This document shows positions 1 to 7,878 of a stretch of 32,000 nt of DNA, one piece after another. How positions within the stretch are numbered: position 1 is the stretch's first letter; the number at the start of each line of letters is the position of its first letter. This stretch comes from Parasynechococcus marenigrum WH 8102 (lineage in GTDB: Bacteria > Cyanobacteriota > Cyanobacteriia > PCC-6307 > Cyanobiaceae), in assembly GCF_000195975.1 (NCBI RefSeq), contig NC_005070.1, positions 1,530,001-1,562,000 of the forward strand, written 5' to 3'. The position numbers and the translations under genes are program-made. Under the pieces are notes generated by a model. It saw nothing but the letters and a program-made list of their open reading frames with translations. It was not told where the DNA came from and made no database searches.

Positions 1-221
1 ACGGCAGCGAGGTGGAGACCTGCTGTGTGATCACCACACGACCCAATCACCTGCTGGAGACTTTGCACGACCGCATGCCCGTTGTCATTCCCAGGGGCCT
101 TGAGGAGATCTGGCTGGATCCGGGGGATGGGGCCCATCGCCGGGCCCTCGAGCCGATGCTGGACCCATGGCCGAGCGACGGCTGGAGCCGCCGCGGCACA
201 TCTCAGCTCAGCTTGTTCTGA
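1..221 (+). CDS. SOS-response-associated peptidase (SRAP/YedK, DUF159-type), C-terminal part; the 5' end lies outside the window
   Basis: Frame 3 is open from the window edge to TGA at 219-221. The peptide ...CCVITTRPNHLLETLHDRMPVVIPRGLEEIWLDP... matches the conserved SRAP C-terminal block (IIT..aN.....iHdRMPVil....WL). Confidence 0.7.
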   Translation, partial: GSEVETCCVITTRPNHLLETLHDRMPVVIPRGLEEIWLDPGDGAHRRALEPMLDPWPSDGWSRRGTSQLSLF

Positions 222-264
222 GGCCTCGGCCGGCGCACCATGCCGGCAGAGAGGGATCAGGGCC

Positions 265-983
265 ATGGCGCGACGGCAGAAGGGATCGCACCTGCGTCTG
301 CTGCTCCTGTTCACGCTGCTGGTGCTGGTGGGTTTTGCCTTCCCACGCCTGATCTGGGCCACCCACCTGGGCTACAGCCTGATCGCCCTACTGCTGACCC
401 AGGTGATGGTGCGCGACAGCCAGGCCCCTGACTGGAGTGATCGGATCTACCGCGGCTTGGGGCTGTTTGCGGTGTTGACCATGTGGCTCTGGCTGATCAC
501 ACCGCTGGAACTGATCTACAGCGGCGTTCCGCTGGCGCTCAGCTGGAGTGTGTTGGTGGGCTGGAGTGTGATCCGGCTGGTCAAACGCTTTGCCGATGAG
601 CCCAAGGTCACCGAATCACTGCTGATGGGGGCGACCGCGGGCTACCTGCACATCGGTCTTACAGCTGGACTGGTGATGAGTGCCCTGGAAACCATCCAAC
701 CCGGCAGCTTCGAACCGCTGACTGTTGCCCAGGCCGGGATAACAGCGTGCTGGCAGCAGCCCATGCCTTTTCGGCGATCAACTACTACGCCCTTGTGTGT
801 CTCACCACCGTGGGCTTCGGCGACATCAATCCGATGCTGCCGCTGTCGCGAATGGTGAGTGTGGTCACCATCATCGCCGGCCCGCTCTATCTGGCAGCGG
901 TGATGGGGGTGCTGATCGGCCGTTTCGCCAGCAGTCTCGACCGCGATACGAGAACAGTAGATGACGCTCAGAGGCGTCAGTGA
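265..983 (+). pseudogene. Potassium channel (six hydrophobic helices, TTVGFGD selectivity filter) with the reading frame broken near 735-745
   Basis: ATG 265 in frame 1 encodes five hydrophobic helices and then reads nonsense to a stop at 858. Frame 3 is open from 600, with its first start codon at GTG 747. It encodes the pore helix, the TTVGFGD filter and the last TM helix, ending at 983. Joining the frames gives ...FEPLTVAQAG/DNSVLAAAHAFSAINYYALVCLTTVGFGDINP... Confidence 0.65.
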
Positions 984-1359
984 CAGCATTGGTTGGCGAA
1001 GGCACGCGAAACAACGGTGGTTGTCACAGCGACGATCAAAAAAGTTGCTTTTGAAAAGCACCGACAGGGCTTTTTTTCTTCGATACAAGCCGTCCATCGG
1101 ATAAAGATCATTCGCCGATTTCATGAATCCAGTTTTTCTTGGTCGTCCATTGGATGAAAGTGGAAGCCCAATGATGCAAAAAGATCTCTCAAATCATCGG
1201 AGGCAACGTCCACAGCATGTGACTGACGGGCGTGCTCAATACCGACACAACAAGTCACAACACAGCGCGTCCTTAGGACAGCCACACAAAAATGAATCAT
1301 TTGTAATCGCGTAAAGATATTTTTGCTGATAGAAATACCTGGCTATTCATTGCTGGGCT

Positions 1360-1587
1360 GTGAACGAATCAGACCAAATCCAGGACGAAGCTGTCGCAAG
1401 GGCCGTCACGTATTTAGTCGCCGCTGTGCTGATGATCGTCATGCTTTTGCTAGTCGGACTGTTTCTACAAGCAGCGCTGGGTGAGCATGCAGAAGTCACA
1501 GCACAAGTTGTAAAACCAGGCTTTGCTCAACCCACTCCCCCGCCCACATCGAAACGCAGTTTGTGGAATCAATTGAACGAGGCTTAA
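1360..1587 (+). CDS. Hypothetical small single-pass membrane protein (75 aa from GTG 1360; ATG alternatives at 1432 and 1441)
   Basis: This is the only ORF in the AT-rich islet with a protein-like layout: a polar N-terminus, one clear TM helix (LVAAVLMIVMLLLVGLFLQAAL) and a Pro-rich tail. No family was recognised. Confidence 0.3.
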   Translation: MNESDQIQDEAVARAVTYLVAAVLMIVMLLLVGLFLQAALGEHAEVTAQVVKPGFAQPTPPPTSKRSLWNQLNEA

Positions 1588-1745
1588 ATATCGTTTTTTC
1601 AAGCACAAAACTTGACTTTACTATACTTAAATTGGATGTCGGCACTGATCACGGCCTATCAGAGATGCATAAGTGAGGGACCCAGAGGGCACACCCAGAC
1701 GACAGGCTTGAAGCAAGTTCCCAAGATTTTTTTTGATCTGCTTGC

Positions 1746-1768
1746 AAAAGGGGAAGGCCGCCCTTCCC
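1746..1768 (-). terminator. Candidate intrinsic terminator read on the minus strand
   Basis: There is a perfect 7-bp GC-rich stem, gggaagg (1751-1757) paired with ccttccc (1762-1768), around the tetraloop ccgc. On the minus strand it is followed by CUUUUG (the plus-strand A-run at 1746-1749). The U-tract is short. Confidence 0.3.
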
Positions 1769-2566
1769 GATGGAAAGACGGCCTATCTCGCTCGCTTATG
1801 CATGTCAATCGACCTGGTCAGTGAAGCTGTATTCGTGAAGCATTAATGCCTTTCGAACGACAGTGAACTGAAAGTAGAGGTCGAAGCGTCTGGCTTAATG
1901 GCAACCCTGGGGCCATTGGGTCCAGGTGTGGTGCAGGTCTTCTACGGGGCACCTAAGAACGGTGCAGAGAAGATTCGACTGATCAGACGACCATCAGTGT
2001 CGTCACAGACGAAATGCTCACATTTGGGTTGAAAAGTTGGAGCAGGGGCCAGGCAAGTCAGGCTGCTTCTGCTGTTTGCTCAGGTGGAGTATCGACCGTC
2101 ATTGGCTCCTCCGATCTCAGTGATCTCAATATGGTCAGCGGTCACACACAAGGCAATCGGCGTGAATGCTCATTTTCGTCTGGAGGCAGCCCTCTCATTG
2201 TCGAGATGATCTGCCTACGTGGTGCCGTAACACCATTGCGTTAGCAGCACGTTGCTCACCGGCAATGCGCTGACCTTATCCTTGTGACTCCTGCTGAGCA
2301 GCCGGAGCAGAAGCCCGCTCGGGTTAATCCGCACCTCCTGCAAAATCCGCTGTTTGAGCACTTGCACACTGCGCAGAATTCAGACCCTGGTGCCACGCTC
2401 ATACGCACAAATCAGAGCACGCCAGACCGAAGAAACACTGCTTTACCAAAAACGACACTTCGTCAGACGCTTTTCCTGGGAGGTAACAACAGTAGGTGCG
2501 GCTGAAAAAATCAATAGCAGCGACTGTTCTGGAGATGCGTTCTCATAAAAATCAGCTGCTCTTACC

Positions 2567-2791
2567 TCAAAGTGCACTCTGATCCGTTGTGCCTTGAAGC
2601 GCCTTCTCCTGAAGCTGCTGCACGGCACACAGTGCTTCGTGGGCAGGCCAGCCGTGACGGATCATCAGCTCCTCCACCAGGTAGTCGGGCGAGTTGGAGA
2701 TGCGTGAATTCAGTTCTGCAATGGCCCTGTCATTGCGTGCAAGAGCTGAGAGTCGAAGCGATCGGAGTTGCTGGACATTCGGCTGTTTCAT
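2567..2791 (-). CDS. Hypothetical protein, 74 aa (MKQPNVQQLRSLRLSALARNDRAIAELN...)
   Basis: The ATG at 2791 lies 25 nt downstream of the ribD stop on the same strand. The composition is helical and protein-like. The longer 105-aa version would overlap the ribD 3' end. No family was recognised. Confidence 0.45.
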   Translation of the reverse strand: MKQPNVQQLRSLRLSALARNDRAIAELNSRISNSPDYLVEELMIRHGWPAHEALCAVQQLQEKALQGTTDQSAL

Positions 2792-2816
2792 GGCAGCACT
2801 CTGCACGTTGGTGGAC

Positions 2817-3881
2817 TCAGCCCCCGAGCCGCAGGGAGAGCAACCAGTCATCACCGATGGGCCGGGGAGGCAGCAACTGGCCACAGAGCACCTGATCCAT
2901 GGCGGTGAAACCCAGTTCCCCCAGAGGCGTCCGAGCTGCTACTCCACCCATCAGTTTCGGGGCCAGCACGGCAGCCACCTCCTGCACACAGCCCTGGCGG
3001 ATGGCCGCAGCCGCCAGCTCTGATCCGCACTCCCAAAGCACCTGATTGCAGCCCCGGGCTGCCAGGTGTTGCATGAGCGGCAGGGGCTCGCATTGCTCCA
3101 GCTCCAGCCGTTCCGGTCCGTTCGGAGCCTGCTTGCCGGCAGCCTCCGGACCATGGGCCACCAGGGTCGCGGCGGATGCTGTGTCCCAGAGCTGTGCCTC
3201 GGCGGGAAGGTCCAGACCACGGCTGAGCACAACCCGCAGCGGTTCCGGATCGCGACGACCGCGGCTGGTGAGCAGGGGGTCATCGGCGCGAACGGTTCCA
3301 CCGCCGACGATCACCGCATCGCATCCCGCCCGCAACTGATGCACCCAGCGACGGGAGTCGGCACCACTGATCCACTGACTGGTGCCATTGGGCAACGCGG
3401 TTCTGCCATCGAGCCCCATCGCCCACTTGAGCACCCCCCAGGGGCGACCCGTGCGGACGCGATGCAGAAAGGCCCGGTTCTGCTCTGCGGCCTCCTGCCG
3501 AAGCACGCCGGTGATCACCACAACACCGGCCTTCCGCAGCTGAGCAATCCCGCCACCAGCCACCCGGGGATCCGGATCCTCCAACGCCACCACGACCCTG
3601 GCCACCCCGGCCTGCAGAACAGCTCGGCTGCAGGGAGGTGTGCGGCCGTGGTGGCAGCAAGGTTCCAGGGTCACGATCAACGTGCCACCGGCGGCGGCGG
3701 TTCCGGCCTGAGCCAGCGCACCCACCTCGGCATGGGGCTCACCCGAGCGGGCATGGAACCCCTCCCCCACCAATCGGCCCTCACGGTTGAGCACCACAGC
3801 TCCCACAAGGGGATTGGGGCTGGTGCGACCTTCAGCCAGCGCAGCCAACGCCAGGGCCCGGCGCATCCAGAGGTTCCACAT
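2817..3881 (-). CDS. ribD: Bifunctional riboflavin biosynthesis protein RibD (pyrimidine deaminase / uracil reductase)
   Basis: The zinc deaminase motifs HAEVGAL and PCCHHGRTPPC are present, followed by a C-terminal reductase domain. I prefer the ATG at 3881 (MWNLWMRRALALA...) because it forms a TGATG overlap with the upstream gene's stop. The ORF is open back to 3914, and another ATG lies at 3866. Confidence 0.9.
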   Translation of the reverse strand: MWNLWMRRALALAALAEGRTSPNPLVGAVVLNREGRLVGEGFHARSGEPHAEVGALAQAGTAAAGGTLIVTLEPCCHHGRTPPCSRAVLQAGVARVVVALEDPDPRVAGGGIAQLRKAGVVVITGVLRQEAAEQNRAFLHRVRTGRPWGVLKWAMGLDGRTALPNGTSQWISGADSRRWVHQLRAGCDAVIVGGGTVRADDPLLTSRGRRDPEPLRVVLSRGLDLPAEAQLWDTASAATLVAHGPEAAGKQAPNGPERLELEQCEPLPLMQHLAARGCNQVLWECGSELAAAAIRQGCVQEVAAVLAPKLMGGVAARTPLGELGFTAMDQVLCGQLLPPRPIGDDWLLSLRLGG

Positions 3882-4366
3882 CAGCTCAGGGGGAGGTCCT
3901 GCAATGACCGCCACTCACCGACCACGTAGGGAGGCACCGGAAGCTCCGTGAACACCCCTGGCAACATCAGACGCAGGGGTCGGTTGTTGCTGAGGTCATC
4001 CAGGAGGGGGTCGAGGGCAAACTCCGCTGCAGCCTCACGGCCATCGGTGGCCAGGGCTGGGTTGGCCAGGGTGATGTCGTCCAGGGCCCAGGCCCTGCGC
4101 CCGGCTTCCACCTGAAGACTCACCGGATGGTCGAGGCGGAGTTTGCCGGGATAACCAACGATGCGGAGCACCACGGGTTCACCGGGCTTCCCCTCGCGGT
4201 AGGCCACCGCCTGCCAGCTGTCGTAGTCCAGATCGCGAAGGCTCTCGAGGCTGCGCACCATCCGGGTGCCGTTGTCGGATTCGTGCTCATGCACCTGGGC
4301 CCTTCCCTGGGGTGCCGCTGTGAACAGCACCAGAACGGCGATCAAACAGCAGAGCAGCCGGCGCAT
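3881..4366 (-). CDS. Secreted cyanobacterial protein of unknown function (resembles the DUF3122 family)
   Basis: The N-terminal signal peptide is MRRLLCCLIAVLVLFTAAPQGRA. The 161-aa ORF is followed by translationally coupled ribD. The family assignment is from memory, not a search. Confidence 0.7.
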   Translation of the reverse strand: MRRLLCCLIAVLVLFTAAPQGRAQVHEHESDNGTRMVRSLESLRDLDYDSWQAVAYREGKPGEPVVLRIVGYPGKLRLDHPVSLQVEAGRRAWALDDITLANPALATDGREAAAEFALDPLLDDLSNNRPLRLMLPGVFTELPVPPYVVGEWRSLQDLPLS

Positions 4367-4413
4367 CGGAGTTCAGTCAATGGGCGAATTCTCACAGTCC
4401 GCCTCGGAGACCC

Positions 4414-4851
4414 GTGGAATTCACAGATAATTCGCCTGTGGAGTTGTTTTTTCAGTCAGCAGGGGAACTCTGCGGGATCTTCAAATCACTCGGCATCGGA
4501 CTGGACGTCAGTCAGCTCAGTGCCGGTTCACTGCATGGCAGGTTTCAGTTAACCGGCAGCGCTGTCCTGCCCCTGATTTCGATCAAAACCGACCAGATGC
4601 TGGTCTGTGAGGGCGACCGTCGGTCTGGTTTTCTCCCCTTCTCCATCAACACGCGTGGTGACCACCCCCTGGTGAGGGGTGAAGAGGTGTCGCCCCTCAG
4701 CATCCATGGCTTTCAAAGCAGCTTGAAGGACTCGTACTTCGTGCTTAAGCCAGGTTGTGAATCCAGGTGGCCATGGTCTGCAAACAGCGGTTGCAACGGC
4801 TGGCGGTCGCCACCAACGAACAGCGAGCCTTGGATCGGATCAACAGTGTGA
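4414..4851 (+). CDS. Possible N-terminal (ligand-binding domain) fragment of the downstream AraC-family regulator, in a different frame
   Basis: The frame 1 ORF starts at GTG 4414. Its first roughly 115 codons look protein-like (...LHGRFQLTGSAVLPLISIKTDQMLVCEGDRRSGFLPFSIN...). The last roughly 30 codons (RWPWSANSGCNGWRSPPTNSEPW) look like out-of-frame readthrough. Confidence 0.35.
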   Translation: MEFTDNSPVELFFQSAGELCGIFKSLGIGLDVSQLSAGSLHGRFQLTGSAVLPLISIKTDQMLVCEGDRRSGFLPFSINTRGDHPLVRGEEVSPLSIHGFQSSLKDSYFVLKPGCESRWPWSANSGCNGWRSPPTNSEPWIGSTV

Positions 4852-5417
4852 ATTCGGCCGCCGTCACCCCTGAACTATTCCAGCGGCTGGTTGAACTCAC
4901 CAAGCCACAACATCACGATCCAATTCAGGCGGAACTGATCGAAGCCGAGCTGCTGGAACTCTTGAGCAACCGACGCTTGAGCCAGATCAACAGCGGCGAA
5001 CTAAGCCACCGCGCCGGGCTGATGAAAGACCTGATTGCCTGGGGGCAGGGCAACCCCACGCAAGTCATCTCCCTGGAAGACATCACCACCACGATCTTCG
5101 CGTCGCGCTCCTCAATCGTGCACAGCTGTCGCGCCAGCTTCGGCATGGGGCCGATGACCCTGCTGAAACAGATCCGTCTCGGCCAGGTGCAGGCGGTACT
5201 GCTGAACCCGCAACGCCAGGCGTCAATGGGGTTCATCACAGTCCAGGCCGTGGCAACCCACTTCGGCTTCAGCAGTCGCAATCATTTCGCCCGCGATTAC
5301 CGCCAGCTGTTCGGTGAGGCACCGAGCGAAACGCTTCAGCGTTCCGCCACGCCGGGAATCCGCTCCCACCCGGTGTCCGTGGCCCACAGGCCCCAGATGG
5401 CCATGGCCCGCAGGTAG
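4767..5417 (+). CDS. AraC-family transcriptional regulator (C-terminal double-HTH domain)
   Basis: The AraC-type HTH signature is present: ...IFASRSSIVHSCRASFGMGPMTLLKQIRLGQVQAVLL...ITVQAVATHFGFSSRNHFARDYRQLFGEAPSE... Frame 3 is open only from 4761, with GTG 4767 and ATG 4773 as candidate starts. Confidence 0.8.
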   Translation: MAMVCKQRLQRLAVATNEQRALDRINSVNSAAVTPELFQRLVELTKPQHHDPIQAELIEAELLELLSNRRLSQINSGELSHRAGLMKDLIAWGQGNPTQVISLEDITTTIFASRSSIVHSCRASFGMGPMTLLKQIRLGQVQAVLLNPQRQASMGFITVQAVATHFGFSSRNHFARDYRQLFGEAPSETLQRSATPGIRSHPVSVAHRPQMAMARR

Positions 5418-7837
5418 TGGCAGGCACGGAAGGTGTTCACGGCAGTGATCGCTTCCGGGGTGCGGAACTGCAGACCACCTGAATACACCTGGCCCACCAC
5501 GGCTGAGCAGATGGCCAACGCCGTTTTGCTCTCTCCCATCAGCCGGTAGTAACTGGCCAAACCGAAATTGATGCCGGTCCACACCTCCAGAGGGTGCGTG
5601 CCGTTGGGGTCCAGGGGACTGCCATCCCGCCGCAAACCGTTGGCCACGCCGAGACGTCCGGACTCAAACCGTTCAAAACAGGCCTCCTTCACCGCCTGCA
5701 GGGTGCTGCGTGCCCTGGCGTCACTGACCACCGGTGGCAGCCCCAGCAGCCGTGCGTAAAAGTCACCGCAGAGTTGATCCGCCATCACCACCGGTGTGCC
5801 GCTCTCGGCATCGATCCGGTAGTACTCGCCGTTCCAGAGCAGGTCGTCGAAGTTGGCGCGGGATTGCTCGAGCCAGGCACCGAACCGCCGCTGTTCCGCG
5901 GCAGTGTCCAGGCCGAGATCAAGCTGCAGCCGCTGAGCCATCGCCAGCGCGGCCTCCAGGGCCGCGATCCAGAGTGCGCCGCAGTAGGCACTCACACCCT
6001 GCAACGGCCAGTCGTCAAAGGTTTGATCAGGGGCACCGCCGTTGTCGGGGAGACCATCGTTGTTGACGTCAAAGCCTTTGAGGTAATCGAGGGCCTGAAC
6101 CGCAGAGGGCCAGCACTCCGCCAGAAAGCGCAGGTCTTCGCCGGTGGGCGCAAGGCGGAAGGTGCGCCACACCTGCAGCATGTAATCACTGGCCAGATCC
6201 TTCCAGAGGTTGCAGTCCTGATAAGCGGTGTAATTGGTGGCGTCGAAGGGGCGTTCGTTGGGGGCCCCCAGGTCATGGGGCGTCGCTCCCGCCACCTTGC
6301 GGTCCGCCTCCACCCGGCCACGGCCCTGGGTGAAATACCAACCGATCGGCCGTTGGCTGCCATCCGCGGCAGGAATGGCACGGGCAAAACTGCGCAGCAC
6401 CGCTTTGTCCAGCTCCGGCCAGAGCTGCAACAGCGCCAGTGAGCCGTACAGGCGCACGTCAAGACTTTCGTACCAGGCGTAGTCGAGGCACTCCAGAACA
6501 CCGAAGCGGCCGTGGGGATCCGCCGGTGACGCCGCAGTCCAAAGGCTGCCGCCACTGCAGAGGTCGTAGAGCTCGTTGAACAACGCCATCCGCAGCGGCT
6601 CCGGCAATTGCATACGGGCCAACACCGGCTGCTGCCAGGCATCGATCTGCTCCCGCCACTGGCGCCAATCGCGCAGGGCTTCTGCAGCAATGGCGGCGGC
6701 ATTGCTGCCGCTGCTGCCGAAGAAGTCGGTGTAACGCCTCAGCGCGCTGCTGCCACTGGCGAAAGCCGTCACCGGCAGGTCCCAGCTGATCACCAGCGGA
6801 ATCTCACGGCTGGCACCGGGAGCCAGCGTGAATTTCACAGCGATGGCAGCACTGGCCTGCTCGCCGGAACGGCTGGCGCGGTCGTTGTTGCTGTCAGGGA
6901 TCCGCCCATCGGCGGCGAAGGGGGTCCACAACTCACTGCCATCACCGCTGGGATCCCAGCGGCTGCAGCGCATCACATGCACGCCGTCCAAGTCATCCGG
7001 CAGAGCCAGGCACCACTGACCCTCGCCTTCCGCCAGTGGCATCGAGGGCTGGCCCTCCAGCAGCACTCCGCTAAATCCCGGCTGATCAACCTGGCGGTTG
7101 CGCTGTCCTTCACCACGACCGATCGCCGGGGCGTAGTTGTGCTCCGGGCTGCCGTCATCACGGAAATGCACCTCCGCGGCAGCGTCGGTGTTTGTGAACC
7201 AACCCACCGTGTTGCGCCAGCACAGCATCAGGGACAACTCCAGCGGCTGATCGGTGGGGTTGCTGAATTGCCAGCGGAACACCGCCACCGGATAGCTGGT
7301 GCGCTGGTAATCCCCAGGAAGGATGGGACTGAAGGCCTCGCAGAGGACGCCGGCGCGGTAAACGTCCTCGTGGTGGGTCCAGCTGAGGGGATAGCGGGCG
7401 GCGTAGGTGCCGGTGCTGCGGCCCTGGGTGCTGGCGGGGTACCACTGCCAGGCGCTCAGGGGTGTGCCGCCACTGGGGTCGGTGTCATCACGGTCGGGAG
7501 CCGTGGCCAGGGCATGGGCACGGACGTCCTCGCCCTGCTGCTCCCAGAGGGCGAACTGACAGTCGGGGATCGATCCGAACCAGTGCTCACCACCATCGAG
7601 GTTCCAGAGGTTGAAGGCTCCGCTGGGGGAACGGCCGAGGCAGCCAGCCCCGAAGCCGCCGAGGGGCATGCCGTGGTCGGGGCCATCGTCGAGGTTGCTG
7701 GCGTACCGAACGGTGTAAGGCGACTCCCAGCCCAGGCCGAAGCGACGACTCCAGCTGGACTCCGGAGGTTGCCATGGTGTGTTGCCGACGCCACGCCCCA
7801 GCAGCGAACGCAGAGCGGAAAGTCCGAAGGGGGCCAT
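5336..7837 (-). CDS. GH116-type beta-glucosidase / glucosylceramidase (GBA2-like) family protein
   Basis: The 833-aa ORF has the GBA2-type N-terminal domain (...PLGGFGAGCLGRSPSGAFNLWNL...) and a C-terminal (alpha/alpha)6 catalytic domain (...DQLCGDFYARLLGL...EVWTGINFGLASY...). Confidence 0.88.
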   Translation of the reverse strand: MAPFGLSALRSLLGRGVGNTPWQPPESSWSRRFGLGWESPYTVRYASNLDDGPDHGMPLGGFGAGCLGRSPSGAFNLWNLDGGEHWFGSIPDCQFALWEQQGEDVRAHALATAPDRDDTDPSGGTPLSAWQWYPASTQGRSTGTYAARYPLSWTHHEDVYRAGVLCEAFSPILPGDYQRTSYPVAVFRWQFSNPTDQPLELSLMLCWRNTVGWFTNTDAAAEVHFRDDGSPEHNYAPAIGRGEGQRNRQVDQPGFSGVLLEGQPSMPLAEGEGQWCLALPDDLDGVHVMRCSRWDPSGDGSELWTPFAADGRIPDSNNDRASRSGEQASAAIAVKFTLAPGASREIPLVISWDLPVTAFASGSSALRRYTDFFGSSGSNAAAIAAEALRDWRQWREQIDAWQQPVLARMQLPEPLRMALFNELYDLCSGGSLWTAASPADPHGRFGVLECLDYAWYESLDVRLYGSLALLQLWPELDKAVLRSFARAIPAADGSQRPIGWYFTQGRGRVEADRKVAGATPHDLGAPNERPFDATNYTAYQDCNLWKDLASDYMLQVWRTFRLAPTGEDLRFLAECWPSAVQALDYLKGFDVNNDGLPDNGGAPDQTFDDWPLQGVSAYCGALWIAALEAALAMAQRLQLDLGLDTAAEQRRFGAWLEQSRANFDDLLWNGEYYRIDAESGTPVVMADQLCGDFYARLLGLPPVVSDARARSTLQAVKEACFERFESGRLGVANGLRRDGSPLDPNGTHPLEVWTGINFGLASYYRLMGESKTALAICSAVVGQVYSGGLQFRTPEAITAVNTFRACHYLRAMAIWGLWATDTGWERIPGVAER

Positions 7838-7878
7838 GCAGCGCGGGCAGTCACCCCAGATTGCCAGGTTTCACCAGC

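Noticed and set aside
1121-1300. A 59-codon minus-strand ORF (MIHFCVAVLRTRCVVTCCVGIEH...) whose TGA overlaps the ATG of ORF 642-1124. I considered it as a Cys-rich peptide precursor or a coupled small-gene pair.
   Set aside because: It has no recognisable leader (Nif11 or NHLP type) or double-Gly cleavage motif. The downstream partner ORF is mostly antisense to the K+ channel gene. It also competes with the plus-strand frame 1 ORF over the same DNA. The evidence is insufficient.
1612-1627. A sigma-70-type promoter in the islet, with TTGACT at 1612-1617 and TATACT at 1622-1627.
   Set aside because: The two hexamers are only 4 nt apart, so they cannot act as a -35/-10 pair. TATACT alone is not enough evidence for a promoter.
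990-2560. A tRNA, tmRNA, RNase P RNA, Yfr1-type sRNA, CRISPR repeats, IS ends or an att-like direct repeat in or flanking the AT-rich islet.
   Set aside because: I found no GGTTCGAnTCC-type T-arm, no GAGGAAAGTCC RNase P motif, no ACTCCTCACAC Yfr1 motif, no regularly spaced repeats and no terminal inverted or direct repeats by eye. A covariance-model scan is still needed to exclude structured RNAs.
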